Source of the DNA: Calditrichia bacterium
GTDB taxonomy: Bacteria > Calditrichota > Calditrichia > RBG-13-44-9 > J075
Reading direction: 5' to 3'
Assembly (NCBI GenBank): GCA_050633245.1
Contig: JBOEGD010000024.1
Coordinates: 266,846-330,845, forward strand
Length of the DNA: 64,000 nucleotides
Part shown: in pieces, positions 37,983-47,614 of the stretch
Position numbering within the stretch: the stretch's first letter is position 1
How the letters are laid out: each line of letters starts with the position of its first letter
Made by a program: the position numbers and the translations under genes
The notes under the pieces: model-generated
Databases searched by the model: none
Told to the model about the DNA's origin: nothing
The model's input: only the letters and a program-made list of their open reading frames with translations

Positions 37983-38621
37983 ATGAAAACCGTTCTTAGT
38001 TTTGCACTGCTCTTCAGCCTAACTTTTTCGCTCTCTGCTCAAAACATGCTAAATCTTTATGTCGGCCTTAGCGGTGGCCATACGGCAACCGGAACATCAC
38101 AAGGGGAGTCGCCCCATGTTGGCGTCGGAATAAACGTTGCTATCGGCTTGGAGAGAGCACTATCTACGCGAAGAAGTATTGCAGTTGCTTATCGCTTCGA
38201 ACAAATTGATTATTCAGTTTTGATATTTTCTGATTACCGTCTCGCAAAATCGCACGGAGTCGATCTTCATTACTCCTTCAATATGCGCGCTAAATGGAGC
38301 GGTGGTTTTTATCTTGAGTCAGGGCCGGTTCTATCTCTGACAAGAGAGAGAGCACACTGGATATACGATGACTTTCGTGAAACGGCCAAAGGAAATAATA
38401 CCATTTATTATGTTGGTATTGGCGGGGATTTTAGCAGCGGGTGGCGTTGGAAGAATATGGCCTTAGGATACGGCATACAGGTGCGCTACGACATCCCAAC
38501 CGAAGCTTCCAACCGTATTTTTTATGATATAGGTCGAATCTCTGCTCCGGAAAGCAAGGAATTATCCCCAAAACCACTTTTTAATGTGCAGCTACATGTA
38601 CATATTTCTTTACAAATCTAG
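37983..38621 (+). CDS. Small outer-membrane beta-barrel protein (OmpA-barrel/OmpW-like porin family)
   Basis: 212 aa with the signal peptide MKTVLSFALLFSLTFSLSAQ, alternating amphipathic strands and Gly/Tyr-rich turns. AAGGAG lies upstream. Confidence 0.5.
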   Translation: MKTVLSFALLFSLTFSLSAQNMLNLYVGLSGGHTATGTSQGESPHVGVGINVAIGLERALSTRRSIAVAYRFEQIDYSVLIFSDYRLAKSHGVDLHYSFNMRAKWSGGFYLESGPVLSLTRERAHWIYDDFRETAKGNNTIYYVGIGGDFSSGWRWKNMALGYGIQVRYDIPTEASNRIFYDIGRISAPESKELSPKPLFNVQLHVHISLQI

Positions 38622-38873
38622 TTACTCCTAACGCTCTTGCTTTGGCATACGTCTTTTTGGTTGCTATTCCATTTTCGAATTGTTAAAGACCTTTCTCCAT
38701 ACTTCGCGTTTCATTCAAGAGATAAGAGCCTGCCCTCATTTTGCGACTTGCCTCACTCAACACCCTACGCTACATTGGTATTATCAAGAAACTTACGTTT
38801 CAGGAAGATGGTTACTCTGTGCGATGACTTTATTGCACTTGCTCTGATTGCTCGTTTATAAGGAGGTAGATTT

Positions 38874-39353
38874 ATGTTACCAGTTTGGTCTGGGACGAGG
38901 TGTGCGCGGTTCGGCATGTTTGCTTTGTTTCTACTGTTATTTGCATGCGGTGGTGGAAATAAAATGTCCTCCGGCGCTGCTGGAGATGCAGTGTCTGTTT
39001 TTGCATCGCCGAATATGAATAATGGAAACGCTGTTGAACTGGATTTGTTGTTTGTGAAGACGTATGACATTGTTCAGGCTTTTGATATTGTGCCTGCAAA
39101 AAACTGGTTCCGCAATCGAGAGGCGTTTTTAGCCAGTTATGTCGGGCAGATTGAGTCGATATCCCGAACCGTTTTGCCGGGGGAAGAAATCGTGCTCAGT
39201 CGCTTCCCGGCAATGAAACGCACTGCAGCGGCAGTCTTTATATACGCAAACTATAAATCCAGGGGAAAACATCGAACCAGAGTGCGGCGATTGCGCAATG
39301 TTGTTGTAGAACTTGGGGTTGATGGCTTTCTGGTAAATAACGGTTCAAATTAA
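38874..39353 (+). CDS. Lipoprotein, function unknown
   Basis: 159 aa with the lipobox LLLFACGGG and GGAGG upstream. It has a weak TssJ/SciN-like sequence pattern (see rejected list). Confidence 0.55.
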   Translation: MLPVWSGTRCARFGMFALFLLLFACGGGNKMSSGAAGDAVSVFASPNMNNGNAVELDLLFVKTYDIVQAFDIVPAKNWFRNREAFLASYVGQIESISRTVLPGEEIVLSRFPAMKRTAAAVFIYANYKSRGKHRTRVRRLRNVVVELGVDGFLVNNGSN

Positions 39354-39402
39354 TCTGGTTTGAGCCTGTGTGTAGTAGCTAAAGAGAAATAGTGCTCTGA
39401 AC

Positions 39403-40320
39403 ATGACCTCTTCATCCTCGATTACTCAGATTGTCCTCAAACCGAATTCTCCCTTCGATTTTAATGCTACGGTCACATCACATGGCTGGGTTGCCTTAAA
39501 GCCAAATGCCTGGGATGCCAAAAAGGCCACCCTAACCAGAATCCAGCAGCTTGATAATGGCGAAGTTGTGCGTCTTACGATTCGCTCAAACGGATCGAAC
39601 CAGGCACCGAATTTGACAGTTGCGATCGAATCAAAACATCAATTGTCCGGGCAACAGCAGAATGAGATTTCGTCTGCGGTTTCGTACATGTTGCGCCTCG
39701 ATGAAGATCTTTCCGGGTTCTATGCAAGGTGTAATAAACATAAACACTGGTCTTTTCTTAACAATGGAGCGGGTCGGCTTCTGCGCTCTCCGTCGCTTTT
39801 TGAAGATTTGATTAAAACAATCTTTACCACCAATATCCAATGGGGCGGCACCATACGCATGACCGAGGAATTGGTAAATGCGCTTGGCAAGTCTTTTCAC
39901 CTCGATCATACTCTTAAAGCCTTTCCGACGCCACAGGCAATTGTGCAAGCTCAAGACAAACTATTTGAAACAGATATCAGACTTGGCTATCGGACAGCTT
40001 ATATTCGAGAGATCGCTGCTACGGTTGCCTCAGGAAATTTAGAGCTGGAAGCTTATCAATCCTCGGATCTGTCGACGCCGGAACTTCGAAAGGTACTCCT
40101 AAGCATAAAGGGCATTGGTAATTATGCCGCTGCGACGATGTTAATGTTTTTGGAACGATATGACGAATTGGCAATCGACACTGTTTTCAGAGACTTTGTA
40201 ACGAAGCGCTATTTTAATGGAAAAAAAGCAGGCGAAAAAGAGATGCGCGCAATTTACGATCAGTGGGACGAGTGGAAGTTCCTCGCCTTCTGGTTTGACA
40301 TGTGGAAAAGCGAGACATAG
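39403..40320 (+). CDS. HhH-GPD superfamily DNA glycosylase (AlkA / 3-methyladenine glycosylase II-like)
   Basis: 305 aa with the helix-hairpin-helix element LLSIKGIGNYAAATMLMF followed by a conserved Asp region (ELAIDTVF). Confidence 0.7.
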   Translation: MTSSSSITQIVLKPNSPFDFNATVTSHGWVALKPNAWDAKKATLTRIQQLDNGEVVRLTIRSNGSNQAPNLTVAIESKHQLSGQQQNEISSAVSYMLRLDEDLSGFYARCNKHKHWSFLNNGAGRLLRSPSLFEDLIKTIFTTNIQWGGTIRMTEELVNALGKSFHLDHTLKAFPTPQAIVQAQDKLFETDIRLGYRTAYIREIAATVASGNLELEAYQSSDLSTPELRKVLLSIKGIGNYAAATMLMFLERYDELAIDTVFRDFVTKRYFNGKKAGEKEMRAIYDQWDEWKFLAFWFDMWKSET

Positions 40321-40338
40321 GCTTCCCGGGAGCATCTG

Positions 40339-41046
40339 ATGTATTTATCCACGTTTGTGGTAACAACATTTTTAGCAACGGTATTTTTGACACTGTATTT
40401 GGGATATCGAGCAATTAACAAAGATCAGATATCTGCAAGAAACCTTTTTCTGGTTGAGTCTGCTGTTGTCGTATGGCTTTTATTTCATCACTTTCTAGCC
40501 AGAGCAGACTTTTATAAGGTATTTAATGTACTGCCGCCGAGAATCTTGCTAGTCTTTTTCCCCCTAATCTTATTGATGGTTTTTTTGCTGACAATACGTC
40601 GCGATCAAACTGTACGACTGTTTTCACTTCAAGGTATGATGTGGCTTCACATTGTGCGGATTCCGGTAGAACTCGTTTTGTGGCGGCTTGCTCTTGAAGG
40701 ATTTATTCCGGAAGTGATGAGTTTTGAAGGGCGAAATTTTGACATTCTGGCCGGAATTACAGCGCCGCTTATAGTTTACCTGGTCTTCTATAAAAAGACG
40801 CTGGGGAAAACCGGATTGCTAGTATGGAATGTGATCTGCCTGGGGCTGCTTATCAATATCATCTCTCTGGCAATTATGTCTGCGCCGGGACCACTACAAC
40901 AGATGGCATTTCAACAGCCGAATATTGGTATTGCATTTACACCAATGATTTTACTACCGGCCTTTGTCGCACCCCTAGTGCTGTTTTTTCACCTTGTAAG
41001 CATTGTTAAATTGTTAACGGGAAAGGCCGATCATGAGCTTCGATAA
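40339..41046 (+). CDS. Integral membrane protein, function unknown
   Basis: 235 aa with about 6-7 hydrophobic helices and no recognisable motif. Confidence 0.5.
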   Translation: MYLSTFVVTTFLATVFLTLYLGYRAINKDQISARNLFLVESAVVVWLLFHHFLARADFYKVFNVLPPRILLVFFPLILLMVFLLTIRRDQTVRLFSLQGMMWLHIVRIPVELVLWRLALEGFIPEVMSFEGRNFDILAGITAPLIVYLVFYKKTLGKTGLLVWNVICLGLLINIISLAIMSAPGPLQQMAFQQPNIGIAFTPMILLPAFVAPLVLFFHLVSIVKLLTGKADHELR

Positions 41047-41410
41047 TTCTCCATTCACTGATGATGAGTTGGCAGCAAGACGACCGGTTTGGGAAATGCT
41101 TTCCTGGCTGTTTCTCGATACTACACTCGATAAAGCCGACCACATGCAAATTGCCGATACGTTACGCAACTCTCCATATGGAATAGCAGAGCTTGAGAAA
41201 ATACTATATAATGAGGTTTACCCGGTTTGCATTGGCAACACCTCTGTTCCTGCCGGTGCCTGGAGTGGCTTCGATTCCACTTGGCTGGAACATAAAATAA
41301 TTCGCCGCCTTGGCAAATCTAGTTTTTGGCCAAAGAGGTTGCGCTTTCGAAAATCAATAATTGCAGAAGACTGGCAAGCTGTTAAAAGCTATCTTATGAC
41401 GACTGACTGA
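41033..41410 (+). CDS. Hypothetical cytoplasmic protein
   Basis: 125 aa. The start overlaps the upstream stop by 14 nt, which suggests translational coupling. No motif was recognised. Confidence 0.45.
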   Translation: MSFDNSPFTDDELAARRPVWEMLSWLFLDTTLDKADHMQIADTLRNSPYGIAELEKILYNEVYPVCIGNTSVPAGAWSGFDSTWLEHKIIRRLGKSSFWPKRLRFRKSIIAEDWQAVKSYLMTTD

Positions 41411-41422
41411 AAGGACTGAATA

Positions 41423-42211
41423 ATGACTCTGTTTAAAATACTTTGCATATCCGTGCTGCTCGTTGGATGTGCCTCCAATACAATCGAGAATAAAACTACT
41501 ACGGATGATATGAAGGCAGAAGAAAAAAATGCCGAAGCCAATAAGATGCCAATGGAAGATCTGCAGGGGGCAACCGGAGCCAAGCTAAATGCGAGCAAGA
41601 ACCTGGTGAAAGATGTGTTGCTGAATGAACCAGCAAATGGCAATGCAACTTATGCCCTGGCAAAGGTCTATTTAAACGATGATAAACGTGTTCCTGCCAT
41701 ACTTGCCTTAAGTCGTTCTCTTATTCTGTCTCCCAAAGGCAAGAGCAGCAGTGTTGCGTTAAAAGATCTTAAGCGGACGATGGATGGGCCGGTAAGCACC
41801 TCTGAAGGTTCCACGACAATTACTCTGGGTTTGAGCTCGGATAAATCTGACGTAGTAGATGGCGATTTCACTATGGTGAATACCTTCCTCGCGCTTAAGC
41901 GTGCTTCGAGAACACTTGAAGAGAACAAGGACAAATCTCCTCGCATGTTGTTTGGTGAGGAAATGGCAGGGTTATTTAGCGTCCTTCAGGAAGGTGAAGA
42001 TCAATCTGAACGTAAAGGATTCGTTTGGGAATACTACGTGCCGTACTTCGTACAGCTTCATGCAAAGGGATATACCGAAACATTCATCGACTATATTCAC
42101 CAGCTACCGGACTCACGTATGATGGGCATGCAGCTGGATAAGTCTGAGAAATTTGCCGCTTTCGAAAAGTGGAGTAATAGCTACAAGTGGCCAACAAAGG
42201 TGTCTAAATAG
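41423..42211 (+). CDS. Lipoprotein, function unknown
   Basis: 262 aa with the lipobox LLVGCASN and a helical, TPR-like composition. Confidence 0.5.
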   Translation: MTLFKILCISVLLVGCASNTIENKTTTDDMKAEEKNAEANKMPMEDLQGATGAKLNASKNLVKDVLLNEPANGNATYALAKVYLNDDKRVPAILALSRSLILSPKGKSSSVALKDLKRTMDGPVSTSEGSTTITLGLSSDKSDVVDGDFTMVNTFLALKRASRTLEENKDKSPRMLFGEEMAGLFSVLQEGEDQSERKGFVWEYYVPYFVQLHAKGYTETFIDYIHQLPDSRMMGMQLDKSEKFAAFEKWSNSYKWPTKVSK

Positions 42212-42307
42212 TAGAATGATAGGTTCAAACGTGTTGGATTACATTATAGCAAGAATTATCTTCTGACTGTTTCTTGAATGATGACAATCAATTAAAGGAA
42301 AACTAAC

Positions 42308-42850
42308 GTGTCTGCACCGAGCTCTAAAAAAGAAATTATTAGTAGCCTGCAAGTTGGTTTTGAAGAAGTATCTGCAGCGTTTAAAGAACTGTCGCCAGAA
42401 CAGTGCCTTCTAAAGGTTGAAGGCCGCTGGTCTGCTGCGGAAAACCTGGATCATCTTATCCGTTCTGTTGTCCCGCTTGCAAAAGGGTTAGAAATGCCGA
42501 CCATGACGCTGCGTATGATGTTTGGCCGGTCCTCAAAGTCAAGCCGCTCTTTCGATGAAGTCGTTCAGGCCTATAAAGAGTTACTCGCAAACGGCGGGGC
42601 TGCTATGGGACGCTATTTGCCCACTGTGCTTACTGACGTCTCTGATTCTCAGCAGACATTGCTAAGCGGTTGGGAGCGTGCCGGCAAGCGCCTTGTCGTT
42701 GCAGTGGAAAAATGGAAAGAAGCGGACTTTGATGTCTACCGTATTCCACATCCTTTGCTCGGGAAAATGACTGTTCGGGAAATGCTTTTCTTTACAGTTT
42801 ATCACAATAGCCATCACGGTAGACGGATCGAGGAAGCCTCATCCAAATAG
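42308..42850 (+). CDS. DinB-family (DinB_2) four-helix-bundle metalloprotein
   Basis: 180 aa starting at GTG, with His-triad-like spacing (NLDHLIRS ... YHNSHHGRRI). Confidence 0.6.
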   Translation: MSAPSSKKEIISSLQVGFEEVSAAFKELSPEQCLLKVEGRWSAAENLDHLIRSVVPLAKGLEMPTMTLRMMFGRSSKSSRSFDEVVQAYKELLANGGAAMGRYLPTVLTDVSDSQQTLLSGWERAGKRLVVAVEKWKEADFDVYRIPHPLLGKMTVREMLFFTVYHNSHHGRRIEEASSK

Positions 42851-43079
42851 AGACGTTCGCTGCATTATTTATCTAAAACCTTTTTCCCAAAACGTATTCT
42901 CCATCAATCAATTCACTCGATGTATGATGATATTCAAATATATCAGCCCTACTCAATATGCTCTCTAATTAAACATCATTTCGTTGCATCCCGGACAATT
43001 TTTCTGCTTTGACGTCACTGCCCCTCGTCAAAAATATGCCACGGCCTTGCTCCGGGACTGAATTGCGAGGAGAAACAAA

Positions 43080-43724
43080 ATGACGCAATCTTTACGTCAG
43101 TCCAGTTATCTCATCCTATTAATTATGCTAATAATTCTTCCTGAAACCGTTTCGGGACAGGATTCTACCAGCATTGGTGAAAACTACTATCATTCGGGGA
43201 AAAGGGCGCAGGAATTTTCTTTTTTTGCCGCTACCCGCCAGAGAAATACCCAGCGTCAGATCAATAGCTGCTGGGCCGCGTGTGTTCAGATGTTACTTAA
43301 CTCTCACGGTATGTTTATTACTCAGCGGGAATTAATGCGTCATTTGTTTGGAAATCTACCCGATGTCCCGGCTTTTCATGAAGATATTATGATCGGTCTG
43401 TCTGAATTAAGGCCGGTACAGCGCGCTGGACGTGAGGTAGAGTATAAAATATTTGAGCTGAATTTTCCTGAAGAATTGACTCAGGTTTTTCATAAACGAG
43501 GTCCGCTGATCGTAGAACTCAACTCACCAGAGGATAGTAGTCGGCATATTGTCGTTTTATCCGAACTATTTTATTCGAATACACTCTATGATACGCCGGT
43601 TGTCGATAAAGTAGTACTTCGCGATCCCTGGCCAACCGGAAGCCCTCGTATGGAACTCAGCTGGATACAGTTTAAGGCACGCAAACCGCTGGTTTTTAGC
43701 CTTTGGTTCAAAGATAAGAGCTAA
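43080..43724 (+). CDS. Secreted papain-like cysteine peptidase (C39-like/C1-like catalytic core)
   Basis: 214 aa with a signal peptide (...LPETVSGQ). QRQINSCWAACV has Gln at -6 and a Cys nucleophile, as in papain QGSCGSCWAF. A candidate His lies in SSRHIVVLSE, followed by LRDPWP. Confidence 0.45.
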   Translation: MTQSLRQSSYLILLIMLIILPETVSGQDSTSIGENYYHSGKRAQEFSFFAATRQRNTQRQINSCWAACVQMLLNSHGMFITQRELMRHLFGNLPDVPAFHEDIMIGLSELRPVQRAGREVEYKIFELNFPEELTQVFHKRGPLIVELNSPEDSSRHIVVLSELFYSNTLYDTPVVDKVVLRDPWPTGSPRMELSWIQFKARKPLVFSLWFKDKS

Positions 43725-43767
43725 ACCGTGGTTTCACTTGAGATTTGGGTTGGGAGATTGTATACTG

Positions 43768-43788
43768 GTTCAGAGTTCAGAGTTCAAA
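43768..43788. repeat. Heptanucleotide tandem repeat (GTTCAGA) x2 plus 1 imperfect copy
   Basis: GTTCAGA GTTCAGA GTTCAAA lies in the gap between the peptidase and the SUKH-like gene. Confidence 0.8.
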
Positions 43789-43854
43789 GCTGAATGGTCA
43801 ATGCCAAATCATAATTCATAAATCATCACTCATCAATATAAATAGTCATTTCAC

Positions 43855-44595
43855 GTGTTTCCAAAAGACGCCTTAAAAGATCTTGGCGGGGCGGTTATCC
43901 AGCGAGAGCTGGAGATCACCGAGACAGTAGAACTCCTACCGCCGCTGACAGAGGAAGAGCTTCAACAGCTTGAAGCAGAGCTCGAACTGAGCTGTCCCGC
44001 CCACATCCGTGATATGCTGCTTTTTTCCCGGGGGCTTGGCTGCGGTGTTTTTGGTAAGTCTTTGAATTTTGCGAATGTTAAAGTTGGCGCTGCAGTAAGC
44101 GAAATCTCGGAACGAGGAATTTGCTTAACAGATCCCGAAGCCGGTTCGTTTTTTTATATTGATGTAATCTCAGACCCCGACTCCTGGGAAAAAATCTTCT
44201 TTGTATGTAAAGACCCTGCCGTAATCGCTCTCCAAAGCGAGTCTCTCCCGGACTTCTTATTTAACTTTGTTCGACAGGAAATATATCCCGACCAGCAAAT
44301 ATTGCTTGCCGCAACTCATCCAGAAATACGGAAATTAGCCGATATTCATCATGCCAGTATATCGCGTGAAGAAGCTATTGCAAGGCCTGATGTACTTCTA
44401 TCTACCTTTGCGGAAGAATTGGAAGGTGATTGGCAAATTAATGATTTGCGTTATATGGGGGTAGGAGAGGGGCTTGCGCTAAAACGGTTTGGAAAACACA
44501 CCGAGCTTAGACGCTGTGGTGAACAATATATCTTTGCCTCTCGTGAAAACCCCAATCCACCCTCGCTCCTGAAACGTATTTTCGGAAGCAAGTAG
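43855..44595 (+). CDS. SMI1/KNR4 (SUKH-1) family protein
   Basis: 246 aa starting at GTG with no clear RBS. The N-terminal pattern LPPLTEEELQQLEAELELSCPAHIRDMLLFSRG is typical of SUKH domains. Confidence 0.5.
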   Translation: MFPKDALKDLGGAVIQRELEITETVELLPPLTEEELQQLEAELELSCPAHIRDMLLFSRGLGCGVFGKSLNFANVKVGAAVSEISERGICLTDPEAGSFFYIDVISDPDSWEKIFFVCKDPAVIALQSESLPDFLFNFVRQEIYPDQQILLAATHPEIRKLADIHHASISREEAIARPDVLLSTFAEELEGDWQINDLRYMGVGEGLALKRFGKHTELRRCGEQYIFASRENPNPPSLLKRIFGSK

Positions 44596-44596
44596 A

Positions 44597-45235
44597 ATGG
44601 TAAAGCGTATGCTCTTGATACTTGTTCTGTTTGTCATTTGTATTCCAATCTTGCTTTTCACCTCCCGATCTATGATTCAAAAAGAATCACGCTGGCGCTT
44701 ATATAATGATGCTGAGATTATTCCATATAATAAAACTGCACTGGTGTTGGGGTGCTCTCCACGCTTGAGGGATGGTAGAACGAATCTGTTCTTTCGCTAT
44801 CGAATTGATGCTGCGGTCCGGCTTTATGAAGCTGGCAAGGTTGCTGCTCTTATCGTCAGTGGGGACAATTCTACCCATCAATACGATGAGCCAACCGCAA
44901 TGAAGGAAGCGCTAATTGAGTGTGGAATTCCCGAGGAAGTTATTTATTGCGATTATGCCGGCTTTCGAACGCTGGACTCTGTGGTACGAGCGCGCGCGAT
45001 CTTCGGACAGCATAAAGTTACCATTGTGTCTCAACCGTTTCATAACAGACGTGCAATCTTTCTGGCTTCGAAGCGTGGAATTGAAGCGGTTGGGTTTAAT
45101 GCTAAAGCCCTTAGCAGCCGCGCGGGAACGAGAACCGAACTTCGCGAGTGGTTTGCTCGGACGAAGGCGCTTCTGGATATTTACCTGCTTAATCGACAAC
45201 CAAAATACTTTGGTCCTCCCATTGAAATTGAATAG
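44597..45235 (+). CDS. sanA: SanA/YdcF (DUF218) family protein
   Basis: 212 aa with an N-terminal TM. ALVLGCSP...NLFFRYRIDAAVRLYEAGKV..LIVSGDN...YDEP..M matches SanA. Confidence 0.8.
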   Translation: MVKRMLLILVLFVICIPILLFTSRSMIQKESRWRLYNDAEIIPYNKTALVLGCSPRLRDGRTNLFFRYRIDAAVRLYEAGKVAALIVSGDNSTHQYDEPTAMKEALIECGIPEEVIYCDYAGFRTLDSVVRARAIFGQHKVTIVSQPFHNRRAIFLASKRGIEAVGFNAKALSSRAGTRTELREWFARTKALLDIYLLNRQPKYFGPPIEIE

Positions 45236-45250
45236 TTTGCAGAACTCATC

Positions 45251-46351
45251 GTGTTGTCCTATCCGGCTGAAATCCGTATACTGAGACATGCTAAACTTCG
45301 ACGGAGGAATCAGCTTTTGAAGACGACACATTACCTGTTGATTTGTATCTTTACATTCGGGTGCACGATGCAAAACCAGAACTTTCTTGATTCCCTTTTT
45401 GTGGAATACACTGGTGCAAGTCCGGGAGCCACTGTTGCAATTATCCAAAATGGAAACATACTTGAAGCTCGTGCCTACGGCATGGCGAATGTAGAAAAGG
45501 GCGAGAAGCTCACAACAAGTCATAATTTACGGTTGGCATCTATTACCAAGCAATTCACGGCCGCGGCAATACTGCTGCTAATTGAACAGGGTAAATTGGA
45601 TTCCTCCTCAACTCTTGCAGACATTTTTCCAGACTTCCCCGGCTATGGAGAGGCCATCACAGTCCATCAGTTGCTGCAGCACTCTTCAGGGCTTTTGGCG
45701 TATGAAGATCTGGCGTCCGATTCACTTGAAAGGCAAATGCTGGATGCCGACGTACTAAAAATTATGATGGAGCAGGATTCAACCTATTTTGAACCGGGAA
45801 CGCAATATCGCTACAGCAACTCCGGGTATGCCGTCCTCGCAATGATCGTCGAGCAGATTTCAGGCCAAACATTTAGCGGCTTTCTGGATCAAAATATTTT
45901 TGAGCCTCTCGGTATGATCAATAGTATGGCGCATCAGGAAGGCGTGACGGAAGTAAACAACCGTGCATTGGGACATACTATCGACAATGGTACCGCAATG
46001 GTAAATGACCAAAGTCGCTTCAGCGCGGTGCTTGGCGATGGCGGTATTTACACTTCTGTAGAAGAACTGGCGCTTTGGGATGCTGCCCAGTATTCCGATA
46101 AGTTATTGTCAGCTGACTCGCGCCACCGCATGACCACTCCCGAAATTGATGTATATGGTTACGGTCTACGGATCGACGAATACAAAGGTCAGAAACGCGT
46201 TCATCATACCGGCAGTACTCGCGGCTTCCGCAATGTTATGCAGCGATTTCCAGAGCAAAAGTTAACGATTATTATTCTTACCAATCGAAGTGAACCGGAT
46301 GTTGCTCCAATTGCAGATAAAATCGCCAATCATTATCTGGAATCACAATAA
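45251..46351 (+). CDS. Serine hydrolase, beta-lactamase (class C)/PBP4*-like family
   Basis: 366 aa with SxxK (ASITKQF), YSN (YRYSNSGY) and HTGS (KTG-equivalent) motifs. A possible lipobox is ICIFTFGC. The start is ambiguous. Confidence 0.8.
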   Translation: MLSYPAEIRILRHAKLRRRNQLLKTTHYLLICIFTFGCTMQNQNFLDSLFVEYTGASPGATVAIIQNGNILEARAYGMANVEKGEKLTTSHNLRLASITKQFTAAAILLLIEQGKLDSSSTLADIFPDFPGYGEAITVHQLLQHSSGLLAYEDLASDSLERQMLDADVLKIMMEQDSTYFEPGTQYRYSNSGYAVLAMIVEQISGQTFSGFLDQNIFEPLGMINSMAHQEGVTEVNNRALGHTIDNGTAMVNDQSRFSAVLGDGGIYTSVEELALWDAAQYSDKLLSADSRHRMTTPEIDVYGYGLRIDEYKGQKRVHHTGSTRGFRNVMQRFPEQKLTIIILTNRSEPDVAPIADKIANHYLESQ

Positions 46352-46412
46352 GTTTGGAACAAATGAACCTATTTTGTAATCTAAATAGTAGACGAATCAA
46401 CCGGAGTGTTAA

Positions 46413-46862
46413 ATGAAGTTAGCTGGTGGAATAGGACTTATTGCCGTTGCCCTTTTTATGGTTTTGGGAATGTTCAACATGAAGTCTGAGCCCGGGTTTG
46501 CTGTTCTTGTGGCAACATTTGTTATTGCTGTGCTAATTCCTGCCGGATTTGGCTTTGCCTTAATTCGCTCTCATCAACAGGGCGGCAAAAATCTGAACAA
46601 GTCTCGCGATACGCTTCGCCAAAAAACGCTTGAGGCTGAAATTCTCAATTTGGCGGGCAAGAAAAATGGTAAGGTAACTGTTGTTGAAGTCGTGCGCGAA
46701 TTCGCTGTTGAAACTGATGCTGCCAAACGAGCGCTCGATTCTCTTCATGAACAAAGCATGGCCGAGATCGAGCTTACTGAGTCAGGTGTTTTAGTGTATG
46801 CTTTTCACGATATCAAGCATTTGTCAGAAAAAGATTCGAGTAGAGGAGTGTTAGATGCCTGA
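46413..46862 (+). CDS. Two-TM membrane protein with a small C-terminal winged-helix-like domain
   Basis: 149 aa with two hydrophobic helices followed by a soluble ~80-aa tail. It has an 8-nt overlap with the next gene. Confidence 0.45.
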   Translation: MKLAGGIGLIAVALFMVLGMFNMKSEPGFAVLVATFVIAVLIPAGFGFALIRSHQQGGKNLNKSRDTLRQKTLEAEILNLAGKKNGKVTVVEVVREFAVETDAAKRALDSLHEQSMAEIELTESGVLVYAFHDIKHLSEKDSSRGVLDA

Positions 46863-47541
46863 GCTTGAAGCACGCCGCCCCTGTCCGGTTTGCCTCGGTA
46901 TATCATTAAATAAAATGCGTATTGGGGAAAGTTTTAAGCTGGATTATTGCCGCCGCTGCGGCGGATTTTGGTTTGAAAAAGGCGAAGTGCAGCTATTGCA
47001 AAATTATCGCCCGAAATCGTTACTGCGCCGGATAGAACTGGCTGCAGAAGTATATAAAATGAATTGTCATTCCTGCCATCGTTTAATGGAGAGAAATGTT
47101 GATGCCTGTCCTTCCTGCAAAACACCGAATCTTATTGAGTGTCCCGGTTGCAATACCACCATGAAAAAGGTGAATCATAATAATCTACAACTTGATGCCT
47201 GTAGTAATTGCAAAGCTGTCTGGTTCGACGAGATTGAACTGTCTGAGTTATGGAACATGAATATTGACAAGCTTGCTGAAAAACGCCGTCTTGCTGCAAT
47301 GAGTCCGGTTGCACTAGATGATGGTGTTGAACTTTTTCTCGACGTTATGCTCTGGAACCCGGAGTTGGTTGCCCGTGGAACGGAGGTAATTATGGGGGCT
47401 GGCGGACGAATATTAGATGCTGCCGGTAGCCTGGAAAATGCGCCTGAAGTCGCGGGAGCACTTATTGAAGCCAGTGGTGAACTCGCCGGTAAGGTGTTCA
47501 GCGCGATTGCGGCAATAATTGGTGAAGTGCTGGACGGTTAG
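46855..47541 (+). CDS. Double TFIIB-type zinc-ribbon (zf-TFIIB, PF13453-like) protein
   Basis: 228 aa with two copies of CPxC...C..C(G)..WF(D/E)..E (CPVCLG...CRRCGGFWFEKGEV and CPGCNT...CSNCKAVWFDEIEL). An extra CxxC...CxxC lies between them. Confidence 0.6.
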   Translation: MPELEARRPCPVCLGISLNKMRIGESFKLDYCRRCGGFWFEKGEVQLLQNYRPKSLLRRIELAAEVYKMNCHSCHRLMERNVDACPSCKTPNLIECPGCNTTMKKVNHNNLQLDACSNCKAVWFDEIELSELWNMNIDKLAEKRRLAAMSPVALDDGVELFLDVMLWNPELVARGTEVIMGAGGRILDAAGSLENAPEVAGALIEASGELAGKVFSAIAAIIGEVLDG

Positions 47542-47614
47542 CAGCACTAATTTCGAAATGAACATCCCAGTTTCTTAAGTTTGAACTTACCAAGAACTCG
47601 AACGTAATTATATT

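Noticed and set aside
38637-38861. 74-aa ORF between the OMP gene and the lipoprotein gene
   Set aside because: It has no RBS, an implausible composition (Phe/His/Leu/Ser-rich) and no motif. It is probably promoter or UTR sequence for 38874.
38874-39353. TssJ/SciN-like type VI secretion lipoprotein
   Set aside because: The sequence pattern (Asn/Pro-rich start, hydrophobic VELDLLFV strand, PGEE..L, AAAVFIYANY) only loosely resembles TssJ. No other T6SS core genes (tssB/C/K/L/M, hcp, vgrG) are in the window. It is kept as an unknown lipoprotein.
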